From NCBI GenBank assembly GCA_002070045.1, contig MWCN01000042.1, forward strand, positions 2,662 to 66,661: DNA of 64,000 nucleotides, read 5' to 3'. Source of the stretch: Candidatus Cloacimonetes bacterium ADurb.Bin211 (GTDB lineage Bacteria; Cloacimonadota; Cloacimonadia; Cloacimonadales; Cloacimonadaceae). Position numbers and translations under genes: made by a program. The notes beneath the pieces were generated by a model. It had not been told where the DNA came from. It ran no database searches and saw only the letters and a list, made by a program, of their open reading frames with translations. Numbering within the stretch: the first letter of the stretch is position 1; every line of letters starts with the position of its first letter. Shown here piece by piece: positions 20,449-29,165 of the stretch.

Positions 20449-20930
20449 AGTCTAAATCTTTATCTCCGGAAACCTTCCTGGCTTCAGTTTTTGGAGTAGG
20501 ATTCATTCCTTATGCTCCTGGAACCTATGGCACTATTGTCGCAGCAGCTATCTATCTTTCACTGCCTAAAATGCTGTTTTCAGGTAAAGGTTGGCTCTGG
20601 TTTACTGGATTTTTAATCATCTTAATTGCCATAGCTGTATGGTTAAGCTCTAAAGCAGAAGAAAAGCTCGGCTATGATGCACCTCAAATAGTAATTGACG
20701 AGGTATGTGGTTTTTTTCTAAGTGTTTTCTTATTACCTAAGTCTTTTCTAATGGCGGTGTATGCTTTTGTTATTTTTCGGGCTCTGGATATTGCCAAGCC
20801 CTTTCCCATAAAAGCTTCACAAAAAATACCCAGGGGTTGGGGTATTGTTCTAGATGACCTCATTGCAGGAATCTATACAAATATCCTGATTCATTTAATA
20901 AAACATATAGCGCCAAAATTCTTTGGCTAA
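20445..20930 (+). CDS. pgpA: Phosphatidylglycerophosphatase A
   Basis: 'APGTYGT', 'IVIDEV', 'FRALDIAKPFPI', 'GIVLDDLIAG'. Confidence 0.93.
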   Translation: MKSKSLSPETFLASVFGVGFIPYAPGTYGTIVAAAIYLSLPKMLFSGKGWLWFTGFLIILIAIAVWLSSKAEEKLGYDAPQIVIDEVCGFFLSVFLLPKSFLMAVYAFVIFRALDIAKPFPIKASQKIPRGWGIVLDDLIAGIYTNILIHLIKHIAPKFFG

Positions 20931-20942
20931 AAAGGAGAAAAA

Positions 20943-21296
20943 ATGATTTATTATACTCTACTTCAAGCTGCTTCTAATAGCGCACAAGCAAAACAGAGTT
21001 CTGGAGCAAGCGGAATGAGCACTTTAATTATTCTTATTTTGCTATTTGTGGTTATGTATTTTTTGATGATTATGCCACAACAAAAAAAGCAAAAAGAATT
21101 GCAAAAGATGCTGGATAGCTTGAAAGAAAATGACAAAGTTGTTACTACTTCCGGAATTTATGGACGTATAGTCTCTATTAAACCAGATAAGAATACGGTT
21201 GTCCTGGAAATAGATGATAACAACCATATCAGAATTGAGATTCAAAAGGGAGCTATTGCCAGTATAATTAGCTCCAGTGAAAAGGCTAATGCATAA
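20943..21296 (+). CDS. yajC: Preprotein translocase subunit YajC
   Basis: 'YFLMIMPQQKKQK....L..ND.VVT.SGIYG.I'. Confidence 0.93.
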   Translation: MIYYTLLQAASNSAQAKQSSGASGMSTLIILILLFVVMYFLMIMPQQKKQKELQKMLDSLKENDKVVTTSGIYGRIVSIKPDKNTVVLEIDDNNHIRIEIQKGAIASIISSSEKANA

Positions 21297-21305
21297 CAAA
21301 AACTA

Positions 21306-21860
21306 ATGTCTCGTAAACCTAAATTATTACCTATCCATATCTATGGTGATAAGGTCCTCAGAATTAAGTCCGAGGAAGTACAGGAATTTGATGAAAACTT
21401 ATTTCAATTTGCTGAAGACCTTATCGCTACAATGTATCAATGGGATGGAGTGGGACTTGCTGCACCTCAAGTTGGGGTGAATAAAAGAATTATAGTTATT
21501 GATCCACAAAGAAGAGATGATCCTAAAAAACGCTCTCCTTTAGTTATGATTAATCCTGTAATTGAAGAAAGTAGCGGAGAAACTGAAACCGAAGAAGGCT
21601 GTATCAGCATTCCAGACATCTATGCTAAAGTGGTTAGACCTTCAAATATTACCGTCTCTTACACAGATTTAAAAAATGAAAGATATACAGTTAAACTTTC
21701 TGGTTATCCTGCAGTTATTGTTCAGCATGAATATGATCACCTGGAAGGAATTCTATTTGTAGACCATCTAAGTACTATTGCCAGGTTGAAAATAAGAAAC
21801 AAATTGAAAGAATTGCAGAAAAACACTGTGGATGGGATTAATATCCGTTGTGAAGAATAG
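21306..21860 (+). CDS. def: Peptide deformylase
   Basis: 'GVGLAAPQVG', 'EGCISIP', 'QHEYDHL'. Confidence 0.97.
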   Translation: MSRKPKLLPIHIYGDKVLRIKSEEVQEFDENLFQFAEDLIATMYQWDGVGLAAPQVGVNKRIIVIDPQRRDDPKKRSPLVMINPVIEESSGETETEEGCISIPDIYAKVVRPSNITVSYTDLKNERYTVKLSGYPAVIVQHEYDHLEGILFVDHLSTIARLKIRNKLKELQKNTVDGINIRCEE

Positions 21861-21876
21861 AAGAGACTAACCTCTA

Positions 21877-22851
21877 ATGAAAATTATTTTTGCTGGTAGC
21901 TCCGAATTTGGCATTCCCACTCTAAAAAAACTTAAAGAAAAACATCAGTTACTACTGATTATCAGCCAACCAGATAGACCAGCAGGACGTAAACAAAAGG
22001 TTAAACCCTGTCCTATTGCGCGTTTTGCACGCGAACAAGGCTGGGAGCTTTATCAACCAGAAAATATTAATACTCCTGAAAGTGTGGAAAAGATTAGTGA
22101 GTTACATCCCGAACTTCTTGTCACTGCTTCCTATTCAGAGATAATTAAAAAAGAACTAAGACAGATTCCCTCTTTTGGAGCTATAAATCTTCATCCATCT
22201 TTACTTCCCAAATACCGTGGTCCTACACCTATTCAAACTGCTCTACTTAAAGGTGAACATAAAACAGGAACCACTATTTTCAGGCTAACTTCTCGTCTTG
22301 ACGCAGGTCCTATCTTAGCCCAAAGAGAATTGGTTATCCAGCAAGAAGATAACTTTGGCTCTTTACAAGAAAAACTGGCTAATATATCTGCTGAGCTATT
22401 GATTGAAATACTTCCTGCTATCAAAGATAAAAGCCTCGTGGAAAGACCTCAAGACGAAAATTTGGCTTCTTACACACATAAATTTACTAAAAAAGATTTA
22501 TGGATAAACTGGGATAATAAAGTTAAAAATATCCTTAATCAGATACGTGCCTTTGCACCTATTCCAGGTGCACGAACATCTATCCGCAATACCTACCTTA
22601 AAATACTTCAAGCTGAGATTTATAGCTCTTTAGATAATGATAAGCCCGGAACTATTTCAGGTTTTATCAAAAATAATGGTATATTAGTTAATTGCCAGGA
22701 TGGACAAATATTAATCACCAAAGTCCAGGCTGAAGGGAAAAAAGTTATGTCTGCCTGGGCTTTTCAATTGGGAGCAAGACTTTCTGCGGGGGAAAGCTTT
22801 GTCCCATTTAATCAAATCTTTATGGAAAATTCTTTTAGGGAGGAATTATGA
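21877..22851 (+). CDS. fmt: Methionyl-tRNA formyltransferase
   Basis: 'QPDRPAGR', 'INLHPSLLPKYRGPTPI', 'LDAGPI'. Confidence 0.96.
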   Translation: MKIIFAGSSEFGIPTLKKLKEKHQLLLIISQPDRPAGRKQKVKPCPIARFAREQGWELYQPENINTPESVEKISELHPELLVTASYSEIIKKELRQIPSFGAINLHPSLLPKYRGPTPIQTALLKGEHKTGTTIFRLTSRLDAGPILAQRELVIQQEDNFGSLQEKLANISAELLIEILPAIKDKSLVERPQDENLASYTHKFTKKDLWINWDNKVKNILNQIRAFAPIPGARTSIRNTYLKILQAEIYSSLDNDKPGTISGFIKNNGILVNCQDGQILITKVQAEGKKVMSAWAFQLGARLSAGESFVPFNQIFMENSFREEL

Positions 22852-23603
22852 AAGACCAGGACCTTTACCTCTCAGTTATAAAGTTTCCCGCTTTTGTAAG
22901 CATCAGTCTATTAATTATTAGTGCTGTCTTTCTTATTATATTATTCAATGTGTTTGCTCAACCTTTACTGGCTAATTGGGTTAGAATTTTGTTTATTATA
23001 CTATTAGCAATACTCATTTTCGTCGTGTTAGGCTGGATGATTACCCTTTTCTCTACTCATACCAGATTAAAACCACGATGGCTACAAAAGCTTAGTAAAT
23101 GGATGCTTTTTAACATTTATTATCCCCTAGCTAAAGGGTTAGCCCATATCACTTTCTCATCTAAAAAGAATCTGATTGAATCGTTCTTATACTTCAATAA
23201 TGAAATAGTTCTAACTGACCAAAAAGATATCCGAAACACAAATATTCTCGTTCTGCTACCTCATTGTCTTCAGAAAGAAGATTGCACTATTCGCATCACT
23301 AATGATATCATAAAATGTGAAGAATGCGGAGGCTGTGATATAGCTAAAATTAAGAAGCTTATAACAGAACATAATGTTGATGCAGCAGTGGCTACAGGAG
23401 GTTTTTTAGAACATAAAATGATAGAAGAAAAGAAACCTGAAGTTATTGTTGCCATTGCTACTGCTAAAGAACTGGTGAATAGCCTGAGAGACAACTGGAA
23501 TTATCCCGTTTATGCAGTATTAAATGAACAATCTACGACTTCCAATGAAAAAAATCCGGTAAATATATCTTTCATTGCATTTGCCATTAAACAGTTTAAA
23601 TAG
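22848..23603 (+). CDS. DUF116-family membrane protein
   Basis: Two N-terminal TMs; 'LLPHCLQ...C...CEECGGC' and 'VATGG'; typical position after fmt. Confidence 0.75.
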   Translation: MKDQDLYLSVIKFPAFVSISLLIISAVFLIILFNVFAQPLLANWVRILFIILLAILIFVVLGWMITLFSTHTRLKPRWLQKLSKWMLFNIYYPLAKGLAHITFSSKKNLIESFLYFNNEIVLTDQKDIRNTNILVLLPHCLQKEDCTIRITNDIIKCEECGGCDIAKIKKLITEHNVDAAVATGGFLEHKMIEEKKPEVIVAIATAKELVNSLRDNWNYPVYAVLNEQSTTSNEKNPVNISFIAFAIKQFK

Positions 23604-23611
23604 GAAGACCT

Positions 23612-24421
23612 ATGAAAACCTCTCGCATTATTATTATTGCTTTAGTGGTCCTTATTCTTAATGCTGGCATCACTTTAGTTCTCATAAATCAGAAAGAAGC
23701 TAAAACTCCTGCTACTACTACAACTATGGTAAACCCTTCACATAATCAACGCCATAATGAGATTACTTCTGCAGTTCAAGCAGTTGAACCTGCTGTTGTT
23801 AGCGTTAATGTGACAAAAACGCAGTTAGTGAGACCAGGTTTTGGGTTCAGCATCTTTGATTTCTTTGGAGATATTCCTATTCAGAGACAGGTGGTAAGTA
23901 TCGGAAGTGGTGTTATCTATGATGCAAATGGATATATTATTACCAATGCTCATGTGATAGAAGGTGCAAGCGAAATAAAAGTGGTACTCCCGGATAAACG
24001 AGAATTTATCGCCAATGTAGTAGGTGTAGATAATTCCTTTGATATTGCTAAATTGAAAATAGAAGGCAATAATTTTCCTTATGCCAAACTCGGAACTGCT
24101 AAAGAATTGCTTATTGGTGAATGGGCTATTGCTCTCGGTAATCCCTATGGATTTATGATGAGTGACCCTAAACCATCCGTTTCAGTCGGAGTTATTTCCG
24201 CTCTTAATAGAAGTTTCCAGCCTCAAGATGGTCATAGATACATCAATATGATTCAGACCGATGCGGCAATCAATCCCGGTAATAGTGGGGGTCCACTGGT
24301 AAATGTTAAGGGTGAAGTTATTGGCATCAATACCTTCATCGTTTCTGGAACTGGAGATAATATCGGTATTGGCTTCGCTATACCCATAGATAGAGTTAAA
24401 GCTATAATCAAAATTTTATAA
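23612..24421 (+). CDS. HtrA/DegP-like trypsin serine protease lacking a PDZ domain
   Basis: Triad 'TNAHV', 'DIA', 'IQTDAAINPGNSGG'; N-terminal TM; ends just after 'GFAIP'. Confidence 0.88.
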   Translation: MKTSRIIIIALVVLILNAGITLVLINQKEAKTPATTTTMVNPSHNQRHNEITSAVQAVEPAVVSVNVTKTQLVRPGFGFSIFDFFGDIPIQRQVVSIGSGVIYDANGYIITNAHVIEGASEIKVVLPDKREFIANVVGVDNSFDIAKLKIEGNNFPYAKLGTAKELLIGEWAIALGNPYGFMMSDPKPSVSVGVISALNRSFQPQDGHRYINMIQTDAAINPGNSGGPLVNVKGEVIGINTFIVSGTGDNIGIGFAIPIDRVKAIIKIL

Positions 24422-24554
24422 CTGTATAGAGTCTATATAGCATTTACTTAAACTGGAATCAGCGACAATTCCGCTGAAAGAAGGTCTATTAGATTCTCTG
24501 CAGTGAGGGCTACATTTTTCTTGTCAGAATAATAATTTCATATATTATATCTAT

Positions 24555-24950
24555 AAGCTCACGGGAAAATGAGATGTCCGCTGCTACTTAAAAGTAGGAG
24601 AGGAAAGTCCGGACACCATAGGGCAGGATACTTCCTAACAGGAAGCTGCAGTAATGCAGAGCGAGCTCCACAGAAATAAACCGCCTAAAGTAGCTTTTTA
24701 ATTAATAGTTACTTCAGGTAAGGGTGAAATGGTGGTGTAAGAGACCACCGGGAATCCTGGTGACAGGATTTGCCAGGAATGCCTTATCTGGTGCAATGCC
24801 AAATAGGGAAGCCAAGAAGTGTTGCCCGCACGGTTATGGCTTCCGGGTAGGCAGCTAAAGTTCATTCGTGAGAATGGATGTAGAGGAATGGACATCAACC
24901 TCCTGAAATAAGGAGGTACAGAATCCGGCTTATTATTTTCCCGTGAGTTT
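24555..24950 (+). ncRNA. rnpB: RNase P RNA (bacterial type A-like)
   Basis: GAGGAAAGTCCGG, CCACAGAAA, GGTGAAATGGTGGTGTAAGAG and ACAGAATCCGGCTTA conserved motifs; P1 pairing AAGCTCACGGGAAAAT / ATTTTCCCGTGAGTTT; upstream TTGTCA-16-TATTAT promoter. Confidence 0.95.
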
Positions 24951-25081
24951 TTATTGTTTTCAATAAATATCCTTTTCTAAACCATACTTCCATATTTAAA
25001 GCTAACTATTCCTTCATTATTATTGGCAATTTTTGAGATAAAAATACTCCTGATTATTTATTACTTCTTGATAAATTATTG

Positions 25082-25136
25082 ATGTCCAGCTTATGTCCAG
25101 CTTATGTCCAGCTTATGTCCGATTTGGACATCAGCT
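25082..25136. repeat. 11-bp tandem repeat (ATGTCCAGCTT x3.5) followed by an inverted copy
   Basis: Units at 25082, 25093, 25104 and a partial at 25115; spacer GATTT; GGACATCAGCT (25126-25136) is a 10/11 inverted match. Confidence 0.85.
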
Positions 25137-25837
25137 TCACATCACAAATACATTAACAGCAGAAGAAAACAAGAAAAATAGACAATAATAGTTGAACATC
25201 TAAATAGGGGAGGGACAGCCCTGTCTCATAAAAACTGAAGTCTTTTTTAGTTCTATGACATAGAGATTCAAGATAAAGTTTATGAGATTAAGTATCGGCT
25301 ATAGCGAAAATTGATAGATGAGAATATAAATTAATTAGATTTAGAAAAGTAAGCTTCAGAGAAGCTTCATAAATGAGAACATTTATAACTCCAGTATACG
25401 AAAGCTTTTGTAGATTTTGAAACGCAGAGGACCTCATTTTTCCAAAACTTAAAAGACAATGATATCTATTACTCAATATAGAATTTGATATTTTATTTAT
25501 TATCTATCCCCAAAAACATAAATATAGATCATACAGTAGTAAGGATAACTAAAAATAAAGTTTTAAAATCAAAATCCCAATTTTTGTGCTAATTATTATT
25601 CAACCCGCTCTATAAGGGAGTTTTCTTAAATTATAAAATTTTAATCTATTGTAAGTTAGCTTTCTCATATCAAACGGAATTAATTAGGTTGAAGTATTTA
25701 GAGAAGAACAAGTATGGCTAAAAGAAGGTTAGAGAATAAAAAGTATTATTTTTGATGATGTTGTAGTAACCAACAGAAATAACTTGACAGATTACAATAT
25801 ATTTAGAAAAGAAGAATAGAATAAAAAAGAGGATAAA

Positions 25838-26635
25838 ATGATGTGGATAGTTAAATTATTTCATTCTATCTGGCAGATGATACTGCTCTGGTCATTTATC
25901 TGTCGTTCCTATTTTATCCGTCTTTTTGCTAAAAATCCTATTAAACGCCGTTGGTTAGAGATTAAAAATACAACCAATGCTTCCCGGAAATTCCTTCGTG
26001 CTTTCCATATTAAACTGAAAGTCAAAAATCAAGAAGTACTGCAGAAAATGAAAGATAAGAACTATCTGCTAGTGGCTAATCATTCCTCACTTTTAGATAT
26101 TTTTTTACTTGGTGCAGTAGACAATTATGTCTTCATTACATCTACTGAAATGAGTGACACTCCAATTATTGGTAAGATTATTCGTCTCGGCGGATGCCTT
26201 TATACAGATAGAAAAAATAAATTCAGTTTACCACAAGAAATCAAGCGCTTCACTGATATATTAGGAAAAGGTTTTAAAGTAGTTCTTTTCCCTGAAAAAC
26301 CTGGTACTGATGGCACTAAAGTTAATGAATTCCGTCCCTCTCTATTTCAAACTGCTATAGATTCTGCTTCAAACGTTGTTCCTGTCTGTATTCGTTATTT
26401 AAAACTGGATGGGAAACCGATCAATAGTAAAAATCGTTTTGTTGTATTTTGGTCTAAAGGCGTCAATTATTTAAGATACTACTGGAATCTGTTGGCACAT
26501 AAAATGGAAGTGGAAATCAATTTCTTAGAACCGATAGAATTTGACCCTAATCGCGATAGAACAGAACTCTGTCAATTGACCTATGAAAAAGTGAGTAATA
26601 CCTTTGAAAGCTATAAAAATCTTGCTACAAGCTGA
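25838..26635 (+). CDS. 1-acyl-sn-glycerol-3-phosphate acyltransferase family (PlsC-like)
   Basis: 'NHSSLLD' HX4D motif; 'LFPE' motif (FPEK rather than FPEG). Confidence 0.85.
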   Translation: MMWIVKLFHSIWQMILLWSFICRSYFIRLFAKNPIKRRWLEIKNTTNASRKFLRAFHIKLKVKNQEVLQKMKDKNYLLVANHSSLLDIFLLGAVDNYVFITSTEMSDTPIIGKIIRLGGCLYTDRKNKFSLPQEIKRFTDILGKGFKVVLFPEKPGTDGTKVNEFRPSLFQTAIDSASNVVPVCIRYLKLDGKPINSKNRFVVFWSKGVNYLRYYWNLLAHKMEVEINFLEPIEFDPNRDRTELCQLTYEKVSNTFESYKNLATS

Positions 26636-26656
26636 TAATATCTGGAGTAACTATAA

Positions 26657-26848
26657 ATGGAAAATAAAGATAAATTACATTTAGGTCCTATTAACTTTAT
26701 CATCTTAGGTTTAGCTATCATACTGCTAATTATTGGTTACTTTATAATGGCAGGTAACGAAATCGTTATTTCTCCTATCATTTTAACTATTGCCTATGGC
26801 GTTCTAATTCCTCTGGGGCTTCTCTATAAGAGCAAACCTAAGGAATGA
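26657..26848 (+). CDS. Small two-TM membrane protein (DUF3098-like)
   Basis: 'NFIILGLAIILLIIGYFIM...SPIILTIAY'; GGAG RBS; overlaps the next gene. Confidence 0.6.
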   Translation: MENKDKLHLGPINFIILGLAIILLIIGYFIMAGNEIVISPIILTIAYGVLIPLGLLYKSKPKE

Positions 26849-27729
26849 ACCAACCTCTATTAACTGACGAAACTGCAGCCAAATTAAGAAGGTTTCAGCT
26901 ACTTGCTAAAACTACCGTTGAAGGCTTTCTGGTTGGCTTACACAAATCTCCCTATCATGGATTTAGTGTAGAATTCTCAGATCATAGAGAATATAATATA
27001 GGCGATCCAATCAAAAATATTGACTGGAAAATAGTTGCTAAAACTGATCGTTACTATGTCAAACGATTCGAAGAAGAAACTAATCTCCGTTGTTATATCC
27101 TTTTAGACCATAGTCGCTCAATGTTCTATGGTTCAGGAGAAAACACCAAAATTGACTATGCTTGCCAACTTGCTGCCTCGCTTTCCTGGCTGATGATAGG
27201 TCAAAAAGATGCGGCAGGATTAGTTACTTTTAATGATGAAATCACCAATCTACTCCCTCCAAAAGCTTATAGAGGCTACCTTCCGCAAATTTTTAGAATA
27301 CTGGCAGAATTAGAACCCAAAGATTCCACTCGTTTACTCCAGAATTTGCATAAAATCGCTGATACAATTCGTAAGAGAAGCTTAATAATTTTGATATCAG
27401 ATCTTCTGGATGAACCTGATAACATAATGGATGGTCTGAAGCATTTTAAATCCCATCATCATGAAGTCCTGGTGTTCCATATCACTGATATACAGGAAGA
27501 TAACTTTAAATTTCATGGTGAAACTGAATTTCTGGATAGCGAAACTCAAGAAAAAATAACCGTCAATCCCTGGCAAATAAGACCCGATTACTTACAGAAC
27601 TACCAGGAACATATCCAGAAACTTAAAGCTGGCTGTCATCAATATCAGATAGAATATAACCCCGTTAGCACTGCAACTCCCATAGAAGATTTGCTTCTGA
27701 AATATCTTTTGATGCGAAGAAAAGGATAA
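26845..27729 (+). CDS. DUF58-family (vWA-like) protein
   Basis: 'GLHKSPYHGFSVEFSDHREY..GD...IDWK', 'FEEETN', 'LDHSRSM'. Confidence 0.9.
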   Translation: MNQPLLTDETAAKLRRFQLLAKTTVEGFLVGLHKSPYHGFSVEFSDHREYNIGDPIKNIDWKIVAKTDRYYVKRFEEETNLRCYILLDHSRSMFYGSGENTKIDYACQLAASLSWLMIGQKDAAGLVTFNDEITNLLPPKAYRGYLPQIFRILAELEPKDSTRLLQNLHKIADTIRKRSLIILISDLLDEPDNIMDGLKHFKSHHHEVLVFHITDIQEDNFKFHGETEFLDSETQEKITVNPWQIRPDYLQNYQEHIQKLKAGCHQYQIEYNPVSTATPIEDLLLKYLLMRRKG

Positions 27730-27730
27730 A

Positions 27731-28603
27731 TTGATGACTTACATCAGAACAATTTCAAAAAAAATGATATATGACGCTATAATAGATGCTATAGGACAGA
27801 TTTATTGCCAATCTACTCCCGAAACTATAGCAATGATTAATAATGCTTTAACCATTGAAGAAGACGATGTAGCAAAAGATATGCTTAAAGCTATGCTATT
27901 AAATGAAGAACTGGCTGCCAAAGAAAAACTTCCTATCTGCCAAGATACAGGTATAGTAGTTGTTTTTGCCGATATCGGAACAGCAGTTAAAATAGAAAAT
28001 GGATCTCTGTATTCTATTATATCTCAAGCAGTTACGGATGTATGGGAAAAATACTATCTGAGAGATTCCATCGCTTTGGAACCGATAAGATGTTTTTCTA
28101 GTAACCCCAGCAAAACAAAAGACACCCTGCAACCTGTCATCTTACATTTATCCGAAATCCCGGGAAATAAATTAGAACTTCATATATCCTTAAAAGGTGG
28201 GGGTGCTGAAAATTGTAGCACCCTAAAAATGTTTAATCCTACAGCAACGATAAACGAAATTGAAGATTTTATTGTAGATACAGTTGTCTCTTCTGGAGGG
28301 AAACCCTGTCCTCCTGTTTTCGTAGGTATTGGAATAGGAGGAGATTTTGAACAATGTGCTATACTGGCTAAAAGAGCTTTAATGGTTCCTATCTCTCCTT
28401 TCGAAAAGAAACCAGAATATAAAAAAATGGAAGAAAGACTATTAAATCAGATTAATCAAAAAGGGAAAGGAATACAGGGGTTTGGTGGTAAAACCACCGC
28501 GCTAAAGGTTAATATACTTTCCGAACCCTGCCATATTGCTTCCTTACCTGTAGCAATAAATATAGATTGTCATGCTCATCGTTGCATTTCTATAACTATA
28601 TGA
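27731..28603 (+). CDS. Fe-S fumarate hydratase/tartrate dehydratase, alpha subunit
   Basis: 'PICQDTG', 'KGGGAENCS', 'PCPP..GIGIGG', 'CHIASLPVA...CHAHR'. Confidence 0.92.
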   Translation: MMTYIRTISKKMIYDAIIDAIGQIYCQSTPETIAMINNALTIEEDDVAKDMLKAMLLNEELAAKEKLPICQDTGIVVVFADIGTAVKIENGSLYSIISQAVTDVWEKYYLRDSIALEPIRCFSSNPSKTKDTLQPVILHLSEIPGNKLELHISLKGGGAENCSTLKMFNPTATINEIEDFIVDTVVSSGGKPCPPVFVGIGIGGDFEQCAILAKRALMVPISPFEKKPEYKKMEERLLNQINQKGKGIQGFGGKTTALKVNILSEPCHIASLPVAINIDCHAHRCISITI

Positions 28604-28627
28604 AAGCTAAAATTTAAGAGCAGCTAA

Positions 28628-29131
28628 ATGCGAATTATAAATATAGAACTTCCTTTAAAATCAGAAGAAATCAAAATGTTTACCATTAGAGATAAGTTGC
28701 TTATATCTGGAGTGTTATATACAGCAAGAGATCAAGCTCATTTAAGATTAACTCAACTGATTAAAGAAGGAAAACCATTACCTTTTAATTTGGCGGATAG
28801 CGCACTTTTTTATTGTGGCCCTGCACCTACTCCACCAGGAAAAGTATGTGGTGCAATAGGTCCGACGACTTCAGCCCGAATGGATAAATATACTCCTTTA
28901 CTTCTGGAAAATGGTTTAAAAGTAATGATAGGTAAAGGAGAAAGGTCAAGAGTAGTTACAGAAGCCATACATAAATACAATGCTCTCTATTTAATATGTG
29001 TAGGGGGTATATCTGCCTTATTAGTTCAATCAATTGTTTCATGTGAAACATTTTGCTGGAAAGAACTAGCCGCTGAAGCTATATATCGTATGGAAGTAAA
29101 GAACTTTCCCTGTTATGTAGCTACTATCTAA
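28628..29131 (+). CDS. Fe-S fumarate hydratase/tartrate dehydratase, beta subunit
   Basis: 'TARDQAH', 'YCGP', 'GPTTSARMD', 'MIGKG'. Confidence 0.92.
   Translation: MRIINIELPLKSEEIKMFTIRDKLLISGVLYTARDQAHLRLTQLIKEGKPLPFNLADSALFYCGPAPTPPGKVCGAIGPTTSARMDKYTPLLLENGLKVMIGKGERSRVVTEAIHKYNALYLICVGGISALLVQSIVSCETFCWKELAAEAIYRMEVKNFPCYVATI
29035..29050. promoter_or_regulatory. parS centromere-like site
   Basis: TGTTTCATGTGAAACA, 15/16 match to the consensus TGTTTCACGTGAAACA, ~12 kb from oriC. Confidence 0.8.
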
Positions 29132-29165
29132 TTAAATATTCATTTTCTTCCTTTTAGGTATAATT

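Noticed and set aside
24698-24898. 66-aa minus-strand ORF
   Set aside because: Antisense to RNase P RNA.
25082-25136. Possible CRISPR array
   Set aside because: Units are 11 bp and contiguous, with no spacers and no cas genes.
17100-29000. Impression that the plus strand stays C-rich for ~10 kb past oriC, i.e. a displaced GC-skew switch
   Set aside because: Based on a few spot-checked lines with mixed results; needs a cumulative skew computation.
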